The position numbers and the translations under genes are program-made. The notes beneath the pieces are model-generated. The model was given only the letters and a program-made list of their open reading frames with translations. It made no database searches and was not told the origin of the DNA. Below, piece by piece: positions 41,767 through 50,727 of a stretch of DNA of 64,000 bases (within the stretch, counting starts at the first letter, position 1; every line of letters begins with the position of its first letter). The stretch comes from Candidatus Saccharimonadota bacterium (GTDB lineage: Bacteria > Patescibacteriota > Saccharimonadia > CAILAD01 > BJGX01). Location of the stretch: assembly GCA_014191035.1 (NCBI GenBank), contig BJGX01000001.1, positions 24,187 to 88,186 of the forward strand, given 5' to 3'.

Positions 41767-43020
41767 ATGGTAGGTCCTGTAGTTGACGAAAAAATACTTC
41801 AAAATTTAAGAAAAAGTAAGTACAAATTAGATGCTTTTAATGAGATAGACGACTCGTTGAAAGGATTCGTGCTACTTAAACTTACAAGGCCATCTCGAAA
41901 AAAGATATTAAAGTCGCTAGACAATGATGAAATTGTTAAGATTCTTAATACCTTGGATCCAAACAAGGCAACTGCGCTTTTAAGGGATTTATCAAAAATA
42001 AGATCTAGGCATATTACAAATAGATTAGACACAGATGTAAAAGAAAAAGTTGAGTTATTACTAAGCTTTAACCCTAAAACAGCCTCTGGACTTATGAATC
42101 TGGACTATGTTTTGGCTACACCAGGAACTCATTTTGAGGATTTATCTAGAGATATCGAGGAGCACGAAAAAAACACTGGAAAATTCCCTTCAATATTTAT
42201 GATTGATAATGGGAAGCTTGTGGGGGAACTGCCAGGGCATGTTCTAGCTCTGCATAAGGGTAAAGAAAAGATAGATAAATACGTTAAAAGAGTCCCCCAT
42301 ATTAGATACGATAACGATGAAAAGGATGTAATAAATTCATTTTTAAAGCACCCTCACGATAAAGTGGTTGTTCTAGATGAGAACGAAGATATATTGGGCG
42401 TAATTCATTCGGATGATTTATTAGCATTGTTAGATAAAAGAAGGTCTAGTGATCTCTATGGACTAGCAGGGGTAAACAAAGAAGAAGATGCAACCGATGG
42501 GCTGTTTACGAAAGTAAGATTTCGATGGTTATGGCTAATAATAAACTTAGGCACCGCTTTCTTAGCAGCTTCAGTTGTTGGAATGTTCGAAGATACAATT
42601 AGTAAGTTCACACTTCTTGCCGTATATATGCCAATTGTAGCCGGTATGGGTGGTAATGCTGCGACTCAAACTTTGGCTGTAACTGTTCGCGGAATTGTAA
42701 TGCAAGAAATTAGCCTTAAAAATTCAATTAAGTATATAGCTAGAGAAATAGGTGCAGGCGTCATTAACGGAGCTATTAATGGTCTTTTGGTGGCTGCTGT
42801 GGCTGTATTTATAAACAAAAATCCAATGCTTGGATTGGTTTTAGCTATCGCTATGGTATGTAACTTATTTATTGCCGCTTTTGCTGGTGCATTGATTCCA
42901 CTTATCATGAAAAAGCTCGGAAAAGATCCAGCTACTTCTGCGACAATATTTATTACCACCTGTACTGATGTTGGCGGTTTTTTTGTATTTTTAAGTCTAG
43001 CGCAAGCATTATTAAAATAA
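41767..43020 (+). CDS. mgtE: Magnesium transporter MgtE.
   Basis: MgtE N-domain, CBS pair, C-terminal 5-TM domain. Confidence 0.8.
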   Translation: MVGPVVDEKILQNLRKSKYKLDAFNEIDDSLKGFVLLKLTRPSRKKILKSLDNDEIVKILNTLDPNKATALLRDLSKIRSRHITNRLDTDVKEKVELLLSFNPKTASGLMNLDYVLATPGTHFEDLSRDIEEHEKNTGKFPSIFMIDNGKLVGELPGHVLALHKGKEKIDKYVKRVPHIRYDNDEKDVINSFLKHPHDKVVVLDENEDILGVIHSDDLLALLDKRRSSDLYGLAGVNKEEDATDGLFTKVRFRWLWLIINLGTAFLAASVVGMFEDTISKFTLLAVYMPIVAGMGGNAATQTLAVTVRGIVMQEISLKNSIKYIAREIGAGVINGAINGLLVAAVAVFINKNPMLGLVLAIAMVCNLFIAAFAGALIPLIMKKLGKDPATSATIFITTCTDVGGFFVFLSLAQALLK

Positions 43021-43023
43021 GCT

Positions 43024-44043
43024 ATGAAAGAAGAACTAACTAAAACAGACAAAAAAAACGAATCGACGGAATCGGGGAATAAAACAAAAGACAATAATAA
43101 AAAAAGCAAACCTATTTATAAGAAGGCTTGGTTTTGGTCGATAGTACTTATATCTGTCTTGGCAATTATTCTATCTATTTTTGCTGTTGTTTATTTTGGA
43201 GCCCAATCAAGAAATAAGCAGATTCTATCCAAGGGATGGTTTGAAATAGCAGAAAAGAATAAGGCATTATCTCAGCTTGCTGAAAAAATTGAAAATCAAG
43301 AAACTTATGATTCATATAACTCTGAACTAAAAAAATTATCTGCCTTAGTGGATGAAAATAAATTTGCTAGCCAAAAACTTCAATATAAACAGATTGATGC
43401 TAAAAAGTATGATAATTTTATAAATGAATATCAAAAATATATAAACCAATCAGCCTCTTACGCAGATAAAATAAAAGAATACACTGAGTCAGATAAAGAA
43501 AAGTTAAAAGTTTTGTCAGAACCATCCAAGACAGCAGCAGCTGAGCTTAAAAATGAAGCAAAATATTTGAAAGACGAAATGCCTAGTTCGGCCTTTAGTA
43601 TCCAAGATATTTTATTTGAGGCCAATAAAGTAATACTGACTAGTGAACTAAGCACTAAAGCCAAGTTACTTGCCGAGCAGGCCGCCACTGCCAAAGACGC
43701 CATAGATAAAAAGGCTGCAGAAAATACGGCCGGGAATTTCTTGAATGCATATTTAGCCGGAAACGCACCTTTGATGCGTCAATATATGACTGAGGCTTAT
43801 CAAAAGGAATATGATTTTAATCAGCTTAGTCCGGAATCAAGAGCTACTACCTATCCAGCAAGTTTTAGAATACTTAATAATCAAAAATTAGAAGAAGGTA
43901 AATATAAAGTTCAAGCAAACTTATTATTTAAGTTTAGGGACGGCTCAAGTCAATACATAGTTGGGTACGAAATGAATGTTATTTACGATACTAATCAATC
44001 GAAGTGGCTCATTAACAGCACCAAAGAAGGAAGTAGTTTTTAA
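43024..44043 (+). CDS. Hypothetical membrane-anchored coiled-coil protein with an NTF2-like C-terminal domain.
   Basis: TM helix, long helical region. Confidence 0.45.
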   Translation: MKEELTKTDKKNESTESGNKTKDNNKKSKPIYKKAWFWSIVLISVLAIILSIFAVVYFGAQSRNKQILSKGWFEIAEKNKALSQLAEKIENQETYDSYNSELKKLSALVDENKFASQKLQYKQIDAKKYDNFINEYQKYINQSASYADKIKEYTESDKEKLKVLSEPSKTAAAELKNEAKYLKDEMPSSAFSIQDILFEANKVILTSELSTKAKLLAEQAATAKDAIDKKAAENTAGNFLNAYLAGNAPLMRQYMTEAYQKEYDFNQLSPESRATTYPASFRILNNQKLEEGKYKVQANLLFKFRDGSSQYIVGYEMNVIYDTNQSKWLINSTKEGSSF

Positions 44044-44063
44044 ATTATATTAATTCAAAAAAA

Positions 44064-44088
44064 AGACCGAATAATTCGGTCTTTTTTA
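44064..44088. terminator. Bidirectional terminator (agaccgaa-taa-ttcggtct flanked by A8/T6).
   Basis: Perfect stem. Confidence 0.7.
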
Positions 44089-44089
44089 A

Positions 44090-44167
44090 TGGGGCGAGTG
44101 ATGGGTTTCGAACCCACGGCCTTCAGAGCCACAATCTGACGCTCTAACCAACTGAGCTACACCCGCC
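44090..44167 (-). tRNA. tRNA-His (GTG) with an encoded G-1.
   Basis: Extra 5' G opposite the discriminator C; loop uuGUGgc. Confidence 0.9.
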
Positions 44168-44191
44168 ATATCAAAAATATTAATTTTTTTA

Positions 44192-44268
44192 TGGTACCCC
44201 CGGCAGGATTCGAACCTACGACCCACAGTTTAGAAAACTGTTGCTCTATCCAACTGAGCTACGGGGGC
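44192..44268 (-). tRNA. tRNA-Arg (TCT).
   Basis: Loop uuUCUaa; G1-U72. Confidence 0.85.
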
Positions 44269-44333
44269 TAACAATTAATATTATAGCCTGCCTTATAAAA
44301 TAAATTAATCCCGGCAGGCGGGATTTAATTGTA

Positions 44334-44408
44334 TGGAGCGGGTAGCGGGAATCAAACCCGCATCACCTGCTTGGAAGGCAGGAGTAATAATCATTATACG
44401 ATACCCGC
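44334..44408 (-). tRNA. tRNA-Gly (TCC), non-canonical: D-loop lacks G18G19 and the T-loop is tttgatt (no C56).
   Basis: Perfect acceptor, anticodon and T stems; loop cuUCCaa. Confidence 0.75.
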
Positions 44409-44630
44409 ATACAGAAAGGACGCACAAAGTGCGCCAGCTTTCTGGATCAAATTGAAATAAATCAATTTGGGATATGAAAAGAAATAAAAGGTACAAGGGC
44501 TAAATAATAATCGCCTAACCACAAAATTATATACTATTTAACTACTATGCGCAACCTGAATTAGCTTGTTTTTACGAATAGCATAAAGGAGTATAATTAA
44601 ATAAATAAAATATTTAAAGGAGATAAACTT

Positions 44631-44969
44631 ATGAATAAAATTTTAAAGATATCATCAATTACTGCAGGTGCTGTAGCCTCTTTTTATCCGCTAGCTGCCA
44701 GAGCAGAAAATTATAGCGATGCTTCAACCGCAGGTGGAGCTTTGGCAGGCTTTGCAATATTTTTCATTTTACTAATGATGATTTTTTGGGTAGGTATCTT
44801 ACTGCTTTGGATTTTTTGGCTAGTAATGATAATTGATATTGTAAAGAGAGACTGGAAGAATACTGGCGATAGGGCGGCCTATTTGGTGCTAGTTATTTTT
44901 ATGAATATCATTGGGGCTTTAATATATTACTTTGCTGTAAAAAGACATCTGGATAATAAAAAGAAGTAA
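44631..44969 (+). CDS. Small secreted/membrane protein with a PLDc_N-like domain (paralogue 1).
   Basis: Signal peptide ending PLAARA; W..MIIDIVKRDW...IGALIYYFAVKR motif. Confidence 0.5.
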   Translation: MNKILKISSITAGAVASFYPLAARAENYSDASTAGGALAGFAIFFILLMMIFWVGILLLWIFWLVMIIDIVKRDWKNTGDRAAYLVLVIFMNIIGALIYYFAVKRHLDNKKK

Positions 44970-45035
44970 TTATTTGATTAATTATTAGGTTAAGTGTAAT
45001 AATATAAAATAAGTAAATTAATTAAGGAGGAAAAG

Positions 45036-45434
45036 ATGAATAAATTATTAAAGTATGGTGCATTGAGTGGTGCGTTGGCTTCATTTGCACCCCTAGCAGC
45101 GAGGGCTCAAGATGAGGTTGTAGACGTTGTGGATTCAGCTGATGTTGCAGCTGCAACAACAGCAACAGCTGGATTGGCGGCTGGACTTTTGATTGTCTGG
45201 GGGGTTGTAGCTATTATCGGTCTAGCATTATTTATATTCTGGGTTGTTATGCTTATTGATGTGTTCAAGCGAAAAAACTGGCAAGATGAAAGCCAGAAAA
45301 ATCTATGGATGATAATAATGATTGTTTCAATATTTGTAGGTCTTGCTGGACTTGCGGCTATTATTTACTACTTCGTAGTAAAAAGAGCATTAGACAGTAA
45401 AGGTTCCGCACCGCAAGCATCTGCACAAAAGTAG
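45036..45434 (+). CDS. Small secreted/membrane PLDc_N-like protein (paralogue 2).
   Basis: Same architecture; W..MLIDVFKRKNW...AAIIYYFVVKR. Confidence 0.5.
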   Translation: MNKLLKYGALSGALASFAPLAARAQDEVVDVVDSADVAAATTATAGLAAGLLIVWGVVAIIGLALFIFWVVMLIDVFKRKNWQDESQKNLWMIIMIVSIFVGLAGLAAIIYYFVVKRALDSKGSAPQASAQK

Positions 45435-45450
45435 ATTATTAAAATTCATT

Positions 45451-45476
45451 AGGGACCACTATGGTCCCTTTTGAAT
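45451..45476 (+). terminator. Terminator (agggaccac-tat-ggtccct plus T-run).
   Basis: Stem-loop after the stop. Confidence 0.6.
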
Positions 45477-45528
45477 TGGTTCAAATCTAGAAAAATAGCT
45501 GAAAATATGTTAAAATAATCAAGTTTTA

Positions 45529-45605
45529 GCGCCCTTAGCTCAGCTGGATAGAGCGTCTGGCTTCGGACCAGAAGGTCGGGAGTTCGAATCTCTCAGGGCG
45601 TACCA
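45529..45605 (+). tRNA. tRNA-Arg (TCG).
   Basis: Loop cuUCGga; G1-U72. Confidence 0.8.
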
Positions 45606-45617
45606 TATATATAACAT

Positions 45618-45694
45618 GGGCCATTAGCTCAGTTGGTTAGAGCATCTGCCTCTTAAGCAGAGTGTCCTGGGTTCGAATCCCAGATGGCCCTCCA
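45618..45694 (+). tRNA. tRNA-Lys (CTT).
   Basis: Loop cuCUUaa. Confidence 0.9.
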
Positions 45695-45709
45695 TGTTAT
45701 TATAAGAAT

Positions 45710-45786
45710 ATCGGGGTGTGGCGCAGTTGGCTAGCGCGCGGCGTTTGGGACGCTGAGGTCGAAGGTTCGAGTCCTTTCACCCCGAC
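45710..45786 (+). tRNA. tRNA-Pro (TGG).
   Basis: Loop uuUGGga; acceptor cggggtg/caccccg. Confidence 0.85.
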
Positions 45787-45793
45787 CATTGTA

Positions 45794-45826
45794 AGAAATC
45801 GAGATTAATCTCGATTTTTTATTTTT
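45794..45826 (+). terminator. Terminator (aaatcgagatt/aatctcgattt perfect 11-bp palindrome plus T-run).
   Basis: Follows the tRNA cluster. Confidence 0.75.
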
Positions 45827-45859
45827 GTAAAGCAATCATTTAAGATATAATTAAAGCTT

Positions 45860-46468
45860 ATGCAATATACGAGTTATCAAGCACCATCTATGAAGCCAAG
45901 AAAAAAGAAGGGCAAACTACTTTTAGTTTTTATAGGAATAATACTTCTTTTGGTGGGGCTATATATTGCTTATTTATTAATTTCTCCTAAACTAGCAAAA
46001 AAACCAACCAAAGTTGTAGAGCAGGCCGTAAATGAAAAGCCCCAAGCAGATAAAAATACTGTTTTTATACCTAGCGTAGGTATCCAGGCTGGAATTGAAC
46101 AAGGCGATATTAACGTTTTAGATAAAGGGTTGGCATGGCACCGCATACCAGATCAAGGCAACCCAACAAAGGGTGGAAATATGATAATCACCGGACATAG
46201 CTTTGTTTGGGGGTATAGGCCTGATGAAGTTAAGAAAAAATCTATTTTTTATGATTTAAAAAATTCTAAAGTTGGCGATGAAGTTGTGGTTAATTGGGAG
46301 GGCAAGCAATACAAATATAAAATATCTAAGCTTAAAACAGTAAAGCCAAATGCCATTGAGATTGAAGATCAAACTTCAGAGCCACAGCTTACGATTTATA
46401 CCTGCACGATAGGCGGAGCGGCCGATGGCAGGGTTGTTATTATTGCTAAGCCAGAGGCTAATTCTTAA
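45860..46468 (+). CDS. Sortase (intact catalytic residues).
   Basis: N-terminal TM; catalytic His in IITGHS; TLxTC-type LTIYTC; conserved Arg. Confidence 0.75.
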   Translation: MQYTSYQAPSMKPRKKKGKLLLVFIGIILLLVGLYIAYLLISPKLAKKPTKVVEQAVNEKPQADKNTVFIPSVGIQAGIEQGDINVLDKGLAWHRIPDQGNPTKGGNMIITGHSFVWGYRPDEVKKKSIFYDLKNSKVGDEVVVNWEGKQYKYKISKLKTVKPNAIEIEDQTSEPQLTIYTCTIGGAADGRVVIIAKPEANS

Positions 46469-46505
46469 AAGTGACAAAAGCCTAATAGTGGCGTATAAAT
46501 AAATT

Positions 46506-46730
46506 ATGGATTTAAATCAAATAGTACAACAGAATATATGGTGGCTGATACTTATTTTTGTATGGAGTACCGCCTGGAAAGCTTGGGCTCTTTGGATTGC
46601 GGCCAAAAAGGATCAAAAAGTTTGGTTTCTTATATTTATTATTCTAAATACCGCGGGCATACTAGAGATATTTTATATTTTTTACTTTAGCAAACAAGTA
46701 AAGTCTGCTAATGGTAAACACAAAGATTAA
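46506..46730 (+). CDS. Small two-TM membrane protein (74 aa).
   Basis: Hydrophobic ORF. Confidence 0.4.
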   Translation: MDLNQIVQQNIWWLILIFVWSTAWKAWALWIAAKKDQKVWFLIFIILNTAGILEIFYIFYFSKQVKSANGKHKD

Positions 46731-46810
46731 TTTCTTTGTAAACTTCATCAGATTAAACTAAAATATAGCTAGTCTCAGTAAACCTGGGTGAACTTTGAAA
46801 CGGAGGAAGG

Positions 46811-47437
46811 ATGATCGAAAAAGGTCCAACGCCCCTCGTTACCATCCGGGTTGCAAATTCTTCAGATACAGAAGCGGTACAGAAGTGCCGTTTTGAAGTG
46901 TACTCTGAAATGGGCTATATCGAGCCTAGCAACTACCCAGATGGACGAGAGTTTGATCTTTATGATAACTATTCTAGTTCAGTTGTAGCATCTACTGCTA
47001 CTTCTTTTTCGGCCATTGGCACTACAAGGCTTGTACTCGGAAGCAAAGGCATCTTGCCTATCCAGAACCCTAAAAATCACGCAATTGATGTGTCTGGTCT
47101 TGGTAATGTCGCTGAAATTTCAAGGCTTTGCGTGCGGAAAAACTTTCGTAATTCGCGAATTAGCCTTGGTATGTATAGAGTTCTTTTCCATTTGGTTGAA
47201 ATCGAAAAAGTAGATACAGTATTTGCTGTGGTCGATGAGTCATTCTTGCAAATGATTCTGTGGATTGGCTTTCCTTTTGAGCAAATTGGAGAGCCAAAAA
47301 ATTACATGGGCCTTACAATTCCAACAGTTTGCAAAATACAAAATGTAATGCCAGCTTTGCAAGAAAGTGAAGTCGCAAATATGCTTGGTGTTACCCAGCT
47401 TTTTGAGATGCCATTTACCGGTAGCCTACAGATGTAG
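46811..47437 (+). CDS. GNAT-fold N-acyltransferase (FeeM/autoinducer-synthase-like).
   Basis: Size and motif pattern; weak. Confidence 0.35.
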   Translation: MIEKGPTPLVTIRVANSSDTEAVQKCRFEVYSEMGYIEPSNYPDGREFDLYDNYSSSVVASTATSFSAIGTTRLVLGSKGILPIQNPKNHAIDVSGLGNVAEISRLCVRKNFRNSRISLGMYRVLFHLVEIEKVDTVFAVVDESFLQMILWIGFPFEQIGEPKNYMGLTIPTVCKIQNVMPALQESEVANMLGVTQLFEMPFTGSLQM

Positions 47438-47449
47438 AAAGGGGGTCAA

Positions 47450-48475
47450 ATGGCTTGGCTCAAAGACAACTGGCAAGGTTTGGTGCCTTGGCTAATGTTC
47501 ATTGTAATTTATATTGCGACATTCAAGTTGGCATGGAAGAAGCTTGCTGATCTAGTGGTTTCAAATGCAACCAGAAGACACGGCGTTTTTAGCTGGAGAT
47601 TTTGGTGGCAGTTTGTCGAATACAGGCTAATTCTTCTCGCGCCATATATCCCATTTCTAGTTTTTAGAGAGTCAATGCCCACAACCGTTACTAAAATAAT
47701 CTTTTGGTGGGTGATTTTGATGCTTGTGATGGGTATTTTGCGCTTTGTTAAGACTGAACGTCTGACCAAAATTTTGTGGTGGGTTTACGGCTATATGTAT
47801 GATGGCCTGCTAAACTTCTATCCCTACAGAAATCTTGTCAACAACGTAGTTGATTTGATGGAAGTAGAGGATGGGCATAAAGTTCTGGAAGTAGGCTGTG
47901 GAACTGGTAACGTAATGCAATCTTTGCTGGATAGGGCCGACATAATTGTTGTTGGAGTTGATAGCTCTAAATCAATGATTAGACAGGCTCAACGTAAATT
48001 GCATCACTCTCTGCAGACCAACAAGTCGAGCCTTATCGGCTCAGACGCACTAGTATACATGAAGTCTTTGCCTAGCCAGTCCTTTGACAGGATTAGTATG
48101 GTTAACTTCTTGTATGCTGCCCAAAACAGGCTAGAAATTTGGGCAGAGTGTCTGAGGATAATTAAGCCTGAAGGAAAAATTGTTGTTACTACTTCTACTG
48201 AAGGAGGCTCAAGACCTATTATTCAGGAGCACCTTAGAAATGCTTCTTGGGTACAGTTGGTTTCGCTAAGGCTTATTGGAGTAGTTATTATAGACTTCTT
48301 CATCTCAGAGCTTGCAAAAGCTGGACCATTTGAATTTCCTACACAAGATGTCTTGCTGGCTGAAGTGCGTGAGTGCGGAGGTATTTATAGTAAAGTATCT
48401 CGTGTATATGGTGGAGCTGAAAATGGTGTAAATATTATCTTTAGTGTTATAGCTGAAGATGAATTAAAGTTCTAG
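47450..48475 (+). CDS. Membrane-anchored class I SAM-dependent methyltransferase.
   Basis: N-terminal TM helices; motif I VLEVGCGTGN. Confidence 0.6.
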   Translation: MAWLKDNWQGLVPWLMFIVIYIATFKLAWKKLADLVVSNATRRHGVFSWRFWWQFVEYRLILLAPYIPFLVFRESMPTTVTKIIFWWVILMLVMGILRFVKTERLTKILWWVYGYMYDGLLNFYPYRNLVNNVVDLMEVEDGHKVLEVGCGTGNVMQSLLDRADIIVVGVDSSKSMIRQAQRKLHHSLQTNKSSLIGSDALVYMKSLPSQSFDRISMVNFLYAAQNRLEIWAECLRIIKPEGKIVVTTSTEGGSRPIIQEHLRNASWVQLVSLRLIGVVIIDFFISELAKAGPFEFPTQDVLLAEVRECGGIYSKVSRVYGGAENGVNIIFSVIAEDELKF

Positions 48476-48518
48476 GGTCCTTTGGGGAGAGCAACCTCCC
48501 TGAAGGACCCTTTTTTTG
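48475..48518 (+). terminator. Terminator (gggtcctt...aaggaccc plus T7).
   Basis: Long GC stem. Confidence 0.75.
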
Positions 48519-48531
48519 TTAAGATAGTATT

Positions 48532-50727
48532 ATGCTTTTGCTTACTGGAGTTTTACTCGTTTTTATTTCTAATATAATATTGGGTATTTTTGTTTTAATT
48601 AATAACCCAAGAAATATCTCGAACAGGTACTTTGCGCTAATGTGTATTGGCTTATCTTCATGGTCAATATTTAACTACCTAGCTGATTTCAACTTGGATA
48701 ATTCACTTTTATGGAGCCGATTATCTTTTTTGGCTATAGTTTTGTCATTGGCTTTTTTACTTATGTTTCTTAACAACTTCCCAATTAGGGTCATTAAAAC
48801 CAAATTAGTGGAATTGCTTACACTAATTATGGCGATAATAATCGGAATAGTATCGCTTTTACCTAATTTCATTACCGGTGTAGAAATAAAAAACCAAGTT
48901 TCTAATGTAAAAACTGGCGATTTATATAATTTATTTCTAGTTTATTTTGTTGCAGCGATAGTGATAAGTATGGTGATTATTATTTTCTCATTTAAGCGCA
49001 GCAGTAAAAAAGATAGACCAAGAGTAGTATTCTTAATTTCGGGAATATTAATAATGACCGTACTCGCTTCAATTACGAATCTAATACTACCGCTTATTAC
49101 AGGAAATAATTACTATGCTAAATTTGGTTCATTGTTTACGTTATTTTTTGTAGCCTTAACAGCTTACGCAATTATTAAACACAGCCTATTTGATATTAGA
49201 GCAGTCGTAGTAAGATCATTTGCATACATCTTTTCTATAATGACTATTGCTATAGTTTATGCCTTTATCGCATTTGGTGTGTTAGGAAGGTTTATCTTTT
49301 CAAGCGGGAACGTACAGGTACCTTTGCAACAGCAATTTGCTAATACAATCCTTGCGGTAGCTTTAGCATTTAGCTTTCAGCCTATTCGTAGATTTTTTGA
49401 GAGAGTCAGTAACCGCATATTTTATAGGGACAGATATGACGCTCAAGCGGTTATTGATGATATAGGCAGGGCAATGGCATCTGAAATTAAAATTAATCTA
49501 CTATGCAATAAGGTGGCTAGCGAAATTATGAACAAATTGAATATTTCTGCAGCTGACATAGTTGTTCTTCAGAAGAATGAATTGATTTATTTCACTAAAA
49601 ACATAAAAGCCAAGTTGAATGAAAACGAAATTAAAGATATTTATGAGTTAGGCAACAGAACTATTTATATCGACGATACCAATAGTTCTTCAAAAATAAA
49701 ACTAATGCGTAGTTTAAATATTTCACTCAGTGTTCCGCTAAGAACAAAGAATAGCTTCTTGGGATATTTAATACTCACAGAAAAGCAGTCGGGGAGTACA
49801 TACAATAGCCAAGACATTAAGACTATTAAAATTATCTCAAATGAATTGAGTGTAGCATTAGAAAATGCAAAAGCATTTATGGAGATACAGAATTTTAATG
49901 AAACGCTGCAAGACAGAATAAACAAGGCGACTAAGAGTCTGCAAAAAGCCAATGCCCAACTTAAAGAGCTGGATGAGGCAAAAGATGAATTTATTTCTAT
50001 GGCTAGCCATCAATTAAGGACACCACTCACTACTGTAAAAGGCTACGTAAGTATGTTAGATGAGGGTGATTTTGGAAAACTTACCAATGAGCAAAAGCAG
50101 AGTGTGGATCTCGCGCTAGATGGAAGCAATAGAATGGCAAGACTAATTGATGATTTATTAAATGTAAGCCGAATGGAAGCTGGCAAATTCTATATTGAAC
50201 CCACCAAGGTTGATTTAATTAAATTAGTACAAGAAGAGTTGAATTTATTACAAACAATGGCGAAAAGTAAAAAAGTAAGTCTATCTGCAAAACTGCATAT
50301 TAATAAATTGCACGCGCTAAATTTAGACGAAAATAAGACCAGACAGGTTGTAATGAATTTAATTGATAATGCAATACATTATAGTGAGCCACCAAAAGGC
50401 GGGGGCAGGGTTGAGGTTTCATTGGCTGAAAAGGAAAGTGAAGTAATATTTAAAGTAATCGACAATGGCATCGGTGTGCCGAAAGATCAACAATCCAAAT
50501 TGTTTACTAAAATGTTTAGAGCTAGAAACGCAAAAGAAATCAGACCAGATGGTACCGGCTTAGGTTTGTTTTTAGTCAAAAGAGTTGTTGAAGATCAGGG
50601 CGGCAGGCTAATATTTGAATCTAAACCAGGAAAAGGCAGTGTATTCGGATTTGCAATGCCAATACATAACAAAATAAAAATAGATAACACTGCAAAAAGA
50701 AATTTAAATAAAGGAAGCAGTAAATGA
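48532..50727 (+). CDS. Multi-pass membrane sensor histidine kinase (orphan, no adjacent response regulator).
   Basis: ~7 TM N-terminal domain; H-box SHQLRTPLT; N and G boxes (GTGLGL). Confidence 0.8.
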   Translation: MLLLTGVLLVFISNIILGIFVLINNPRNISNRYFALMCIGLSSWSIFNYLADFNLDNSLLWSRLSFLAIVLSLAFLLMFLNNFPIRVIKTKLVELLTLIMAIIIGIVSLLPNFITGVEIKNQVSNVKTGDLYNLFLVYFVAAIVISMVIIIFSFKRSSKKDRPRVVFLISGILIMTVLASITNLILPLITGNNYYAKFGSLFTLFFVALTAYAIIKHSLFDIRAVVVRSFAYIFSIMTIAIVYAFIAFGVLGRFIFSSGNVQVPLQQQFANTILAVALAFSFQPIRRFFERVSNRIFYRDRYDAQAVIDDIGRAMASEIKINLLCNKVASEIMNKLNISAADIVVLQKNELIYFTKNIKAKLNENEIKDIYELGNRTIYIDDTNSSSKIKLMRSLNISLSVPLRTKNSFLGYLILTEKQSGSTYNSQDIKTIKIISNELSVALENAKAFMEIQNFNETLQDRINKATKSLQKANAQLKELDEAKDEFISMASHQLRTPLTTVKGYVSMLDEGDFGKLTNEQKQSVDLALDGSNRMARLIDDLLNVSRMEAGKFYIEPTKVDLIKLVQEELNLLQTMAKSKKVSLSAKLHINKLHALNLDENKTRQVVMNLIDNAIHYSEPPKGGGRVEVSLAEKESEVIFKVIDNGIGVPKDQQSKLFTKMFRARNAKEIRPDGTGLGLFLVKRVVEDQGGRLIFESKPGKGSVFGFAMPIHNKIKIDNTAKRNLNKGSSK

